DNA from: an uncultured Acidobacteriota bacterium
GTDB taxonomy: Bacteria > Acidobacteriota > Vicinamibacteria > Fen-336
DNA length: 64,000 nucleotides
Assembly: GCA_963831755.1 (NCBI GenBank)
Contig: CAWHRC010000006.1
Location: 1,832-65,831, forward strand
Direction: 5' to 3'
Both the position numbers and the translations under genes were made by a program. Numbering within the stretch: position 1 is the stretch's first letter; the number at the start of each line of letters is the position of its first letter. Positions 8,158 through 16,541 of the stretch are shown here, piece by piece. The notes under the pieces are model-generated. The model saw only the letters and a list, made by a program, of their open reading frames with translations. It had not been told where the DNA came from and did not search any database.

Positions 8158-8857
8158 TCAGTCCGACGGGCTGCCACGCCTGCCTTGCGTCCTGCGGAGC
8201 GTCGTCCAGAACCCGAGCATCACCAGGCCGAGGCTCGCCGCTGCAACGCGCCACGGGCTCACCGACACGTTGACCCTCGGGGCGTGCCGACCCGCGGCGG
8301 CCACCAAGCGTGCCTGAGCCCGCTCCAGCGCGAGGACGACCCTCCGCACCGCTGGCCGCTCCGTCGGATCCGGCGCCAGCGCCTGCATCAGAACGCGCTC
8401 CAAGCCCGCGGTCCACCGCTGGCGCCAGCACACGAAGCGGCTTGGGCCGGTCCGCGAGTTGGAGCCTTCGGAGTGATGTGACGGACGCTCCTGGCGCCAC
8501 CTCGTAGGGGAGGCGGCCCCCCGCGAAGAGAGCGTAGAGCGTGGCGCCGAGCCCGTAGACGTCGTGGTGTGGGCCGACAGGCTCGCCCGCCAGCGCTTCC
8601 GGGGATGCGAACCGCGGCGTGCCGGTGATGCTGCCGGGAGGTGTCGACGCCGCCACCTCGGCCAGCCGCGCGATGCCAAAGTCGCTGACTTTGGCGGCTG
8701 GCCGTCCGGAGGTCGGAAGGAGCACGTTCGCCGGCTTGATGTCGCGGTGCAGCACGCCGTGGCGGTGCGCATGCCACACGCATCGGCTCACGGCCAGGGC
8801 GATCTCGTAGGCGCGGACCAGAGGGAGGCGTTCGCCGGCAGTGGCCAGCCGGTCCAG
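8158..8857 (-). pseudogene. Hanks-type Ser/Thr protein kinase, C-lobe plus C-terminal TM tail; N-terminus missing, one frameshift
   Basis: Sequence reads LDRLATAGERLPLVRAYEIALAVSRCVWHAHRHGVLHRDIKPANVLL...KVSDFGIARL...GTPRFASPE...DVYGLGATLYALFAG. It then changes frame near 8405-8412 to continue ERVLMQALAPDPTERPAVRRVVLALE...AAASLGLVMLGFW. No Gly-loop or VAIK region lies upstream on this strand. Confidence 0.8.
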
Positions 8858-8868
8858 CTCCTCCTGCA

Positions 8869-9017
8869 CCTGAGCTGCTGGAGCGAGTCCGGCAGGAGGT
8901 CCGCGCGGTACAGGCGCTCGCGACCCCTTACCTCGTCCACACCTACAGCCTCTTCGACCGCGGGACGATCGCCTGGTTCGAGATGGAGCTGGTGGATGGA
9001 CCGACGCATGAGCCGCC
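8869..9017 (+). pseudogene. Inverted fragment of the same or a related kinase (alpha-C helix to hinge)
   Basis: Plus-strand translation gives PELLERVRQEVRAVQALATPYLVHTYSLFDRGTIAWFEMELVDGPT(HEPP*), which is kinase subdomains III-V. It abuts the minus-strand C-lobe head to head at about 8868/8869. Un-inverting it would give ...MELVDGPT / LDRLATAGERLPL... Confidence 0.65.
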
Positions 9018-10954
9018 GTGAGTGGGTAGCCTGCCTCGGCGCGAGTCTGGGACTCCTGGCTGCCCACCGAGCTCCGGCCTGGCTTGCCTCGTCGAGTGGC
9101 TGGCCTGCTCTCGCGGCCGGCGAGCCTGCGACCGCGAACTACGTCACCTGGCTTCTCGTGCTTCCGCTGCCCGTCGTCGGCTCCATCCTCGCCTGCGGCC
9201 TGCTGACCTTCGCAGAGGTCCACGGCGTGGCCGGCCCGCAGCGGCGCCGGCGCCGACCGTTGCCGAGGTACCCGTTCGACTCCAGCACGACCCAGCTCGT
9301 CATCGGCGAGACTCACCTCCAGGACGGCTCGCGGTCGGAGCAGCCGGGCTGGCTCGTCCTGCCCGAGAAGGGCATGTACACGGGCATCCTCATCACCGGT
9401 GCCACCGGCTCCGCCAAGACCTCGGCGGCGCAGTACCCGTTCACAGCGCAGCTCATTCACCAGCACGCTCGAGACCCGGCCCGGAAGATGGGCGGACTCG
9501 TCATCGACGCCAAGGGCAACTACGCCGACTTCGCGCGCGAGCAGTGCGCCCTGGCCGGCCGGCTGGCCGACTACTACGAGGTCAGCCTCACGAGCGGCGT
9601 CCGCTGGAACATCATCGGCCGGCCGGACCTGAACGCGGCCGCCCTCGGCGGCCATATCGCGGACATGATCGAGAACGTCCAGGGGACCTCCCTGGCCGAC
9701 CCCTTCTGGCACCAGGAGGCGAAGGACCTGGCCTCTCAGGTGATCCGGGTTCTCCGGCTCGCCGAGGGGCGAGAGCCCACGATGGCCTCGCTCTACCGGG
9801 CAGCCACGTCCTACGAGGCCTTCGAGGAGTACGTGAAGCTGGCCGAGAAGCGCATCAACACCGCCGAGCAGCAGGAGGAGCTCGCCTCGATCAAGTTCTG
9901 GCTCGAGGCCAAGGCCGCGAAGCTGGACGCCAAGCTCAGGGCCTCCATCGCCGCCGGCCTGAATGGCGTGTGCTCCCTCTTCGACGATCCGAAGATCCGC
10001 GAGGTGTTCGCCCCGGACCCGCTTTGGGAGAACTTCAAGGGCTTCGACCGCCTCATCGAGGAAGGCCAGATCGTTGCCCTCCGCGTGCCGAAGTCCCAGC
10101 TCAAGACCGTTTCGACGATCGTCGGGACAATGACCAAGCTGAACTTCTTCGACGCGGTCCTCAACCGCCTGGCCCGAGCCGAGCACGCCTTCGGCGACGT
10201 CGGCCGCGGCGTCTTCTTCGTCGCGGACGAGTACGACGGGTACACCACGCAGCCCGGCGACGGAGACTTCTTCTCCAAGTGCCGTGAGGCTCAATGCTGT
10301 GCGGTGATCGCGACGCAGACCTACGAGAGCTTCGTGGCGAAGCTCAAGAACGAGCATGTGGCGGCGCAGCTCATCGCCAACCTCCGGACGAAGATCTGGC
10401 TCTGCGCCGAAGACAACTACACCGCGAGGCAGGCAGCAGACCTTTGTGGCGAAATCGAGCGGAAGAAAGTCAGTCGCTCCCGGAACGAGAGTGCACGGCA
10501 CTCGTCGTTCTCGTTCCTCGACGGCGACGTGATCGCCGCGGACCCAGGCTCCGTGGGCGAGGGCATCACGATCAGCCTTCGGCGAGAGCATCTCTTCACG
10601 CCCCGGGCCTTCACCAGCCTCAAGGTCAACCAGGCCATCGTCAAACTGTTCGACGGCGTGCGCGTCCTCGAGCCCTGGGTCGTCTACCTCAAGCCCATGC
10701 ACGAGAACCCGGAGGTGTCGTGGTTCGACACCACGGGACGCGCGCCGGAGGAGCCCGCCTCCGAACGGCCGTGCTCCCAGCTCAGGGCGTTGCGCGTCTT
10801 GACGCCCCTCCTCACGAGAGGCCTGAGGCTCTTGCGACTCCGGCCCTGGGCCTCGGTGCGTCCGTCTGCGGCGAGCCCACAGTCGCAGACTCCCCCCGCA
10901 GCACAGGAGACGGGCCAGACCAACCAGGACGGAATCCAAGCCTCTCACCCCTGA
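8996..10954 (+). CDS. Type IV coupling protein (TraD/TraG/VirD4-like conjugative ATPase)
   Basis: N-terminal TM helices (YVTWLLVLPLPVVGSILACGLLTF), Walker A ITGATGSAKTS, VIDAKGNY, Walker B FFVADEYD, and AVIATQTYESF. The start is taken at MDRRMSRREW (8996; alternative 9008) inside the 796-aa track ORF. Confidence 0.8.
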   Translation: MDRRMSRREWVACLGASLGLLAAHRAPAWLASSSGWPALAAGEPATANYVTWLLVLPLPVVGSILACGLLTFAEVHGVAGPQRRRRRPLPRYPFDSSTTQLVIGETHLQDGSRSEQPGWLVLPEKGMYTGILITGATGSAKTSAAQYPFTAQLIHQHARDPARKMGGLVIDAKGNYADFAREQCALAGRLADYYEVSLTSGVRWNIIGRPDLNAAALGGHIADMIENVQGTSLADPFWHQEAKDLASQVIRVLRLAEGREPTMASLYRAATSYEAFEEYVKLAEKRINTAEQQEELASIKFWLEAKAAKLDAKLRASIAAGLNGVCSLFDDPKIREVFAPDPLWENFKGFDRLIEEGQIVALRVPKSQLKTVSTIVGTMTKLNFFDAVLNRLARAEHAFGDVGRGVFFVADEYDGYTTQPGDGDFFSKCREAQCCAVIATQTYESFVAKLKNEHVAAQLIANLRTKIWLCAEDNYTARQAADLCGEIERKKVSRSRNESARHSSFSFLDGDVIAADPGSVGEGITISLRREHLFTPRAFTSLKVNQAIVKLFDGVRVLEPWVVYLKPMHENPEVSWFDTTGRAPEEPASERPCSQLRALRVLTPLLTRGLRLLRLRPWASVRPSAASPQSQTPPAAQETGQTNQDGIQASHP

Positions 10955-11208
10955 GAGGCGGTTCGCCGAGCGAGGCCCAGCGTGGTTCGCCTTGCCCGCC
11001 CCGCGGCGGCCGGCACCGCTTCCGTCTCCCACGGGAGTCCCGGAGCCCGCGACTTCATCCAGGCCTCGACGTTGTCTAGCACGAAGCCGCAGTTGCGTTC
11101 GGTGATGCGCACCGGCCGCGGGAACGCCCCGGCCTGGACCATCCGCCATAGCGTCGTTCGGGAAACGCCGATCATCTCGAGCACCTGCCGAGGTCTTATG
11201 AACTGCAC
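10945..11208 (-). CDS. AlpA-family phage/ICE transcriptional regulator (HTH)
   Basis: Sequence is MQFIRPRQVLEMIGVSRTTLWRMVQAGAFPRPVRITERNCGFVLDNVEAWM, a typical AlpA/Phage_AlpA pattern. It is convergent with the T4CP gene and overlaps it by 10 nt. Confidence 0.8.
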   Translation of the reverse strand: MQFIRPRQVLEMIGVSRTTLWRMVQAGAFPRPVRITERNCGFVLDNVEAWMKSRAPGLPWETEAVPAAAGRARRTTLGLARRTASQG

Positions 11209-11586
11209 CGTCCACCTCCGATTCGCTGCCCACGGCCACTAGGCCACACACGGTGCAAGTCGGAGACCACGACGCCAGACGATCAGTCGCGTCGTAAGTC
11301 CTTGTCCTTCAGCAGCCCACCTTCACGCGGCTGTCTCGCAAGTGAGAAGAGAGTCCACGGCGATTTCAGCCGAGAGATGACGGCGGAAGTCGTTCGTCGG
11401 ATGTCGTGCGAACTGCCGGCCTGCCCTGCTGGAACGCCCAGCACACTACGAACGAGGCTCGCTTTTCGCCTTGACTGAGGAGTCCAGATTCCCTTGTTCG
11501 GCGACGCGGTCCAACCCCCCGTGCCAATAATCCGTGAGACACCGAGCCGTCCGAGATTAGTGTAGGGGGCGGGGAGGCTGAGATGG

Positions 11587-12063
11587 ATGGATCGAGAGGC
11601 TGCTGGATCTGGTTCTGAGATGAAGCATGCGGCGGAAACGGAGGGAGCCCGTAGGGCGACCGGAGTTTCCGCCGACGCCGGCGGGGCCCCCGACCCCGAG
11701 GTGGTGGCGAAGCCGAAGCGTCGCCGCTTTACCGCCGAGTACCGGCTGAAGATCTTGAAGCAGGCGGACGCCTGCAAGGCGCCCGGCGAGCTGGGCGCTC
11801 TGCTGCGGCGTGAGGGTCTGTACTCGTCGCTGCTGTCGACCTGGCGCCGCCAGCGGGAGCAAGGGGCCCTGGCCGCGCTGCGAGGGCGCAAGCGCGGCCC
11901 GAAGCCCAAGGCCGTAGATCCGCGAGTGAAGGAGCAGGAGAAGCAGATCGCGCGCCTGCAGCGGAAGCTGAAGCAGGCCGAGATGATCATCGAAGTCCAA
12001 AAAAAAGTGCACGAGATCCTGGGGATCCCCCTGAGAACCCTCGCCGACGAAGAGGACGACTGA
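11587..12063 (+). CDS. IS3-family transposase OrfA (HTH/leucine-zipper part)
   Basis: Sequence is RRRFTAEYRLKILKQADACKAPGELGALLRREGLYSSLLSTWRRQREQGAL...EKQIARLQRKLKQAEMIIEVQKK. The stop overlaps the orfB ATG (TGATG). Confidence 0.85.
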   Translation: MDREAAGSGSEMKHAAETEGARRATGVSADAGGAPDPEVVAKPKRRRFTAEYRLKILKQADACKAPGELGALLRREGLYSSLLSTWRRQREQGALAALRGRKRGPKPKAVDPRVKEQEKQIARLQRKLKQAEMIIEVQKKVHEILGIPLRTLADEEDD

Positions 12064-13190
12064 TGTCGGCGATCGCCGAGGTCGGTGCCGAAGTCCCAAC
12101 CGCCCCGCTGTGCGAGAGCCTGGGCGTCTCACGGGCCGCACTCTACCGCTGGCGTCAGCCGAAGCTCGACATCGAACCCAAGCCGGCGCGGGCGAGGCAT
12201 CCCCGCTCGCTTGGACCGGACGAGCGCCAAGCGATCCTCGATACGCTGAACTCCGAGCGCTTCTGCGATGCCTCCCCAGCCGAGGTCCACGCCACCCTGC
12301 TCGAGGAAGAGACCTACCTCGGCTCGCCGAGGACGATGTACCGAGTGCTGGCCGAGGCACACGAGGTCCGCGAACGGCGCGACCAGCTGCGGCATCCGCC
12401 CTACGCCAAGCCCGAGCTCCTGGCCACCCAGCCGAACCAGGTCTGGTCCTGGGACATCACCAAGCTCAAGGGCCCGGTCAAGTGGACGTACTTCTACCTG
12501 TTCGTCATCCTCGACATCTTCAGCCGCTACGTGGTCGGCTGGATGGTCGCCCACGGCGAGGGCGCCCGGCTGGCCGAACGGCTGATCGAGGAGACCTGCA
12601 CCAAGCAGAACATCTCGCCGGGCCAGCTCACCATCCACGCCGATCGCGGACCGGCCATGACCAGCAAGACCGTCGCGCTGCTCTTCTCGGACCTCGACAT
12701 CCTGCGTAGCCACTCGAGGCCCTACGTCAGCGACGACAATCCCTTCTCGGAGTCCCACTTCAGGACCCTCAAGTACCGGCCCGACTTCCCTGATCGTTTC
12801 GGCTCGGTCGAGCACGCGCGTCAGGCATGCCGCCCGCTGTTCGCCTGGTACAACGCCGAGCATCACCACAGCGCTCTGGCCTTCCTCACGCCGGCCACCG
12901 TGCACCACGGCCGCGCCGACGAGGCCCTCGATGCTCGTCACCGCGTCCGCCTCGCCGCCTACGCCGCCCACCCCGAGCGCTTCGTCAACGGGCCGCCGCG
13001 GCGCCAGAACCTACCGAACGCTGTTTGGATCAACCCACCCGAGGAAACGACGCACCAGGATGCCCCAGGATCAACGCAGCGAAATCCGGACGACCCTGAG
13101 GTCGTCCCCGTTTGCCGCACTTACGTGCCGTACCGTCGACCGCAGGCGGGCCAGCTCGACTCCGTCAGCATCGTGCAGCCCGCTCACTAA
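12063..13190 (+). CDS. IS3-family transposase OrfB (DDE integrase core, rve)
   Basis: Sequence is WSWDITKLKGPVKWTYFYLFVILDIFSRYVVGW...IHADRGPAMTSK...SHSRPYVSDDNPFSESHFRTLKY, the D, D, E catalytic-core pattern. Confidence 0.9.
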   Translation: MSAIAEVGAEVPTAPLCESLGVSRAALYRWRQPKLDIEPKPARARHPRSLGPDERQAILDTLNSERFCDASPAEVHATLLEEETYLGSPRTMYRVLAEAHEVRERRDQLRHPPYAKPELLATQPNQVWSWDITKLKGPVKWTYFYLFVILDIFSRYVVGWMVAHGEGARLAERLIEETCTKQNISPGQLTIHADRGPAMTSKTVALLFSDLDILRSHSRPYVSDDNPFSESHFRTLKYRPDFPDRFGSVEHARQACRPLFAWYNAEHHHSALAFLTPATVHHGRADEALDARHRVRLAAYAAHPERFVNGPPRRQNLPNAVWINPPEETTHQDAPGSTQRNPDDPEVVPVCRTYVPYRRPQAGQLDSVSIVQPAH

Positions 13191-13397
13191 ATGCAGAACC
13201 CGGCTGTCTCACGGAGATTGACACGGCCCGGGCCGCCTCGGCCCGTCTCTCCCGCGCGCTCCAGGTCTCCCAGTGCGCCATATCGCCGAGGCTGTACCCT
13301 GGCAGGAACGACCGACCGCCCCTCTGCCTCGATTCGTAGGTCAGGCCCCAGGAGCGCCGGCAGGCAACGGGTCCGGCGGCAGGCGACGGCCACCCAC

Positions 13398-14093
13398 GAG
13401 CGGGCGGGGCCGGAGGCGTTTCTGACGCCCTTCCGGGGCTACCTGCAGGCCGACGCCTACAAGGGCTACGATGCGCTGTACTCGAGCGGGCGCATCGTCG
13501 AGGTCGCGTGCTGGGCGCACGGCCGGCGCCGCTTCAAGGAGGCGCTCGATACCGAGCCGCGGGCCGCCGAGGTGCTGCTTCTGGTCCAGCAGCTCTACGC
13601 GATCGAGGATGAGGCGAAGGAGCTTTCGCCGCAGGCTCGCCTGAGGCTGCGGCAGGGGCGGTCGGTCCCGGTGCTCGCAAAGATCGACGAGGTGCGGCGC
13701 AGGCTCCAGGCGGACGTGCTGCCGAAGTCGCCGCTGGGTGATGCGCTGCGCTATCTCGACAATCAGTGGGCGCCGCTGCAGCGCTTTGTCGAGGACGGCC
13801 GTCTGGCCATCGACAACAACCGCGCGGAGAATCAGCTGCGCATCGTGGCGGTGGGTCGGAAGAACTGGCTCTTCGCGGGCAGCCTCGAGGGGGCACGCTG
13901 GGCAGCGATCCTCTACTCGCTCATCCAGGGCTGCCGCCTCGTCGGCGTCGACCCGTTCCTCTACTTCCGAGACGTCCTGCGGCGGCTCCCGACGCACCCG
14001 CAGAGGCTCATCGGCCAGCTCACGTCGCGCGGCTGGGCCGAGACCTTCGCCACCGCCGCCCTTCACGCCAAGTCCGGCGCCGCGAATCCGTAG
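13398..14093 (+). pseudogene. IS66-family transposase, C-terminal remnant (5' part missing or degraded, adjacent to the IS3 element)
   Basis: Sequence is FLTPFRGYLQADAYKGYDALY...VACWAHGRRRF...LAIDNNRAENQLRIVAVGRKNWLFAGS...DPFLYFRDVLRRL. Only about the last 230 aa of a normally about 500-aa protein are recognisable. Upstream sequence to 13224 is uninterpretable. Confidence 0.8.
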
Positions 14094-14109
14094 TTCACCG
14101 GACGCTTAC
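14094..14109. repeat. Probable right terminal inverted repeat of the IS66-family remnant
   Basis: TTCACCGGACGCTTAC reads inward as GTAAGCGTCCGGTGAA. From memory, GTAAGCG is the usual IS66-family terminus. It lies directly after the transposase stop. Confidence 0.5.
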
Positions 14110-14147
14110 GGCGCAGCCGAGTAGGCGCTATCGCACCACTCGCGAGA

Positions 14148-14678
<531 letters not shown>

Positions 14679-14792
14679 ACCACTTCCTTTCCTCAGGCGG
14701 CACATCCGCGCGGTTCTGATTGCGTCATGCAGTCGGTTGTCTACCACGCGCCAGGACACCAGCTAGCGTGCCTCGGGCGGCGAGGCAGCAGA

Positions 14793-15140
14793 TCACGCCG
14801 AGACGCTGAGCGACGCCAGGCGCTCGAGAGTATCCGGGTACTTGCGCACGAGCCAGATCAACGCCGCCGCCTGCTCGTTGGGTTTGCTGCGGCCCTGCTC
14901 CCAGCGTTCGAGGGTTCGTGGGTTCACGCCGAGCTTGAAGGCAAACACCTGGCGGGACATGTAGAGCGACTCGCGCGTCTCGCGAACGACGCGAGGTTCG
15001 AGTTCCGGCAGCGAGATCGGCTCGACGTGGTGCGTGCGCAGCGTCAGCCGGCTTTCGCGGTGCTCCCGCATCGCGCCGACACCGGCCATGAGTTCACGGA
15101 AGAGGCTGCCCTTGCCCGCCGGCTTCTTCGTCTTCGGCAT
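14793..15140 (-). CDS. XRE-family HTH protein of the COG2944/YiaG antitoxin type
   Basis: Sequence is LFRELMAGVGAMREHRESR...VRETRESLYMSRQVFAFKLGVNPRTLERWEQGRSKPNEQAAALIWL. No intact partner toxin gene lies upstream. Confidence 0.6.
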   Translation of the reverse strand: MPKTKKPAGKGSLFRELMAGVGAMREHRESRLTLRTHHVEPISLPELEPRVVRETRESLYMSRQVFAFKLGVNPRTLERWEQGRSKPNEQAAALIWLVRKYPDTLERLASLSVSA

Positions 15141-15456
15141 CGCTCTACTTCCTCCGCGGAACCGGGCGTGGTTTGGCCTCCACGCTCAAGCCATCGTACG
15201 CAACTTGCGTATGGTCGTCAAAAACATGGGCATGGGAGCCCTCCTGCGAATCAGGCCGGGATGCGCTCACGCTCGCGAGCGGCAGCCGCCACGCGCCGGC
15301 GGACGGCGACCTTGTGCGCTTCCGCGTGGGGGCCGGGCTTCATGTTCTGCTGCATGGCCTCCTCGGACTCCTTCTTGCCGTCCACGGCCGGGCGGGTGTG
15401 AGGTTTGAGCTTCCCCTTGGGACTGGAGGGCAGGGGTGAGGGCCTGCTCGTGGGAC

Positions 15457-15487
15457 TTGACAACATATTCAATTGAGTAGTTGAATA
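15457..15487 (+). promoter_or_regulatory. Promoter -35 box plus ArsR-type operator-like inverted repeat
   Basis: TTGACA is at 15457..15462. A perfect 7-bp inverted repeat TATTCAA-N8-TTGAATA spans 15466..15487. TTGAAT (15481..15486, 18-nt spacer) could serve as the -10 for a leaderless GTG at 15493. Confidence 0.4.
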
Positions 15488-16185
15488 CATTCGTGGAAGA
15501 GCGCCGGTTCAAGGAGCAGGTCTACGAGCTCGTCGCGCGGATCGCCAAGGCGGCCGACAGCCCTCGGAGGCTCGAGATCCTGGAGGTCTTGGCACAGGGA
15601 CCTCGGACCGTGGAGGCGTTGGCCCACGAGACGGCTCTTTCTGTGGCGAACGCATCCCGCCACTTGCAGGTCCTGCGGCAGGCGGGACTCGTCGAAGGCC
15701 GGAAGCAGGGGCTCTTCGTCCAGTATCGGCTGTCCGAGCCCGGGGTGGTCGACCTCCTGGGGACGCTCCGGGGCATCGCCGAGCGCCGCCTCGGAGACGT
15801 GGACCGCCTGGTCCGCGGCTTTCTCGGCGGCCGAGACGATCTCGAGCCGGTGGGCCGCGAAGATCTCCTCAAGAGGGTGCGCTCGGGATCTGTCGTGGTG
15901 CTGGACGTCCGCCCTTCCGAGGAGTACCAGGCGGGCCACATTCCCGGGGCCGTCTCCGTGCCCGTCAAGGATCTGCCCCGGCGTTTGCGCGAGCTGCCGG
16001 CGCGAAAGGAGATCGTGGCCTATTGCCGTGGCCCTTACTGCCTGATGGCATTCGACGCGGTCAAGGCGCTTCGGAAGCGCGGGCGTCGCGCCCGCCGGCT
16101 CGTCGAGGGATTCCCCGAGTGGCGTGCCGCCGGACTCCCGGTGGAGGTCGGGGAGGCAAGCCCCGAACACACTGGCAACGGGTGA
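15481..16185 (+). CDS. ArsR/SmtB-family regulator fused to a rhodanese domain (BigR-like architecture)
   Basis: The wHTH is RRLEILEVLAQGPRTVEALAHETALSVANASRHLQVLRQAGLV. The rhodanese part is VVLDVRPSEEYQAGHIPGAVSVP...IVAYCRGPYC. The true start may be GTG 15493 rather than TTG 15481. Confidence 0.8.
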   Translation: MNTFVEERRFKEQVYELVARIAKAADSPRRLEILEVLAQGPRTVEALAHETALSVANASRHLQVLRQAGLVEGRKQGLFVQYRLSEPGVVDLLGTLRGIAERRLGDVDRLVRGFLGGRDDLEPVGREDLLKRVRSGSVVVLDVRPSEEYQAGHIPGAVSVPVKDLPRRLRELPARKEIVAYCRGPYCLMAFDAVKALRKRGRRARRLVEGFPEWRAAGLPVEVGEASPEHTGNG

Positions 16186-16188
16186 TCC

Positions 16189-16539
16189 ATGAGACTGCTC
16201 TTTGTTCTTGACGACGCTCCGTACGGCAGCGAGCGCACATACAACGCCCTCCGACTCGCAGGTTCCGCCGCACGCAAGGACGACGTCGAAACCAAGCTCT
16301 TCCTGATCGGCGACGCAGTGGCGGCCGCCAAGGGCGGCCAGAAGGTCCCCTCCGGCTACTACAACGTCGCCACCATGCTCTGTGCTGTGGTCAAGCATGG
16401 AGGCGTCGTCGGTGTCTGCGGCTCGTGCATCGACGCGCGGGGGATCGGCGAGAGCGAGCTCGTCGCGGGTGCTCGTCGCAGCTCGATGGACGAGCTGACA
16501 GCCTGGACGCTCGAAGCGGACAAGGTGCTGGTGTTCTGA
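16189..16539 (+). CDS. DsrE/DsrF-like sulfur-relay family protein
   Basis: Sequence is MRLLFVLDDAPYGSERTYNALRLA...VGVCGSCIDARG; 116 aa. Confidence 0.75.
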   Translation: MRLLFVLDDAPYGSERTYNALRLAGSAARKDDVETKLFLIGDAVAAAKGGQKVPSGYYNVATMLCAVVKHGGVVGVCGSCIDARGIGESELVAGARRSSMDELTAWTLEADKVLVF

Positions 16540-16541
16540 GC

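Larger units (their letters stand above)
11522..13223 (+). mobile_element. IS3-family insertion sequence, apparently intact
   Basis: Imperfect terminal inverted repeats are TGCCAATAATCCGTGAGACACCG (from 11522) and the reverse complement of ...CGGCTGTCTCACGGAGATTGACA (ending 13223). This gives the TG...CA termini typical of IS3. It encloses orfA and orfB. I could not confirm flanking direct repeats. Confidence 0.7.

Noticed and set aside
7685-8177. Possible small secreted-protein gene on the minus strand downstream of the kinase. The fragments are ...VVAGGLLLTSGLGC...GPTYLAVVDSVQIQERGRYNGDGHYWPVRVRVKG then, in other frames, NVKIKLTNLFQLG... and VDFVEEARFTKDDFRNWRVSYNYDATGPRWRLDDSEMLDP*.
   Set aside because: It needs at least two frame changes. 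There is no family match by eye and the lipobox is not canonical. It is not supported well enough to list as a feature.
8788-9009. 73-aa minus-strand ORF (MRRSIHQLHLEPGDRP...) that I first took for the upstream continuation of the kinase.
   Set aside because: It is simply the antisense of the plus-strand kinase hinge fragment (8869..9017). The kinase-like reading is on the plus strand.
8099-11251. 1050-aa ORF on the minus strand, the longest in the track.
   Set aside because: From about 8900 to 11251 it is the antisense shadow of the T4CP gene and of intergenic DNA. The sequence is low-complexity and Arg/Gly/Ala/Pro-rich with no motifs. Only its 3' end (about 8410-8857) is real kinase C-lobe sequence. 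Long stop-free antisense frames are expected in DNA of about 70% GC.
11283-11521. Candidate left end of the IS66 remnant (GTAAGTCC at about 11295), or the IS66 transposase N-terminal region left of the IS3 insertion.
   Set aside because: Similarity to the right terminal repeat (GTAAGCGTCCGGTGAA) is weak. No zinc-ribbon or IS66 N-terminal motifs are seen in any frame. The question is left open rather than annotated.
15251-15490. 79-aa minus-strand ORF (…KGKLKPHTRPAVDGKKESEEAMQQNMKPGPHAEAHKVAVRRRVAAAARE…) as a candidate toxin for the HTH antitoxin-type gene.
   Set aside because: It has no RelE/HigB-like features. It overlaps the ArsR promoter region in antisense and is not contiguous with the HTH gene.
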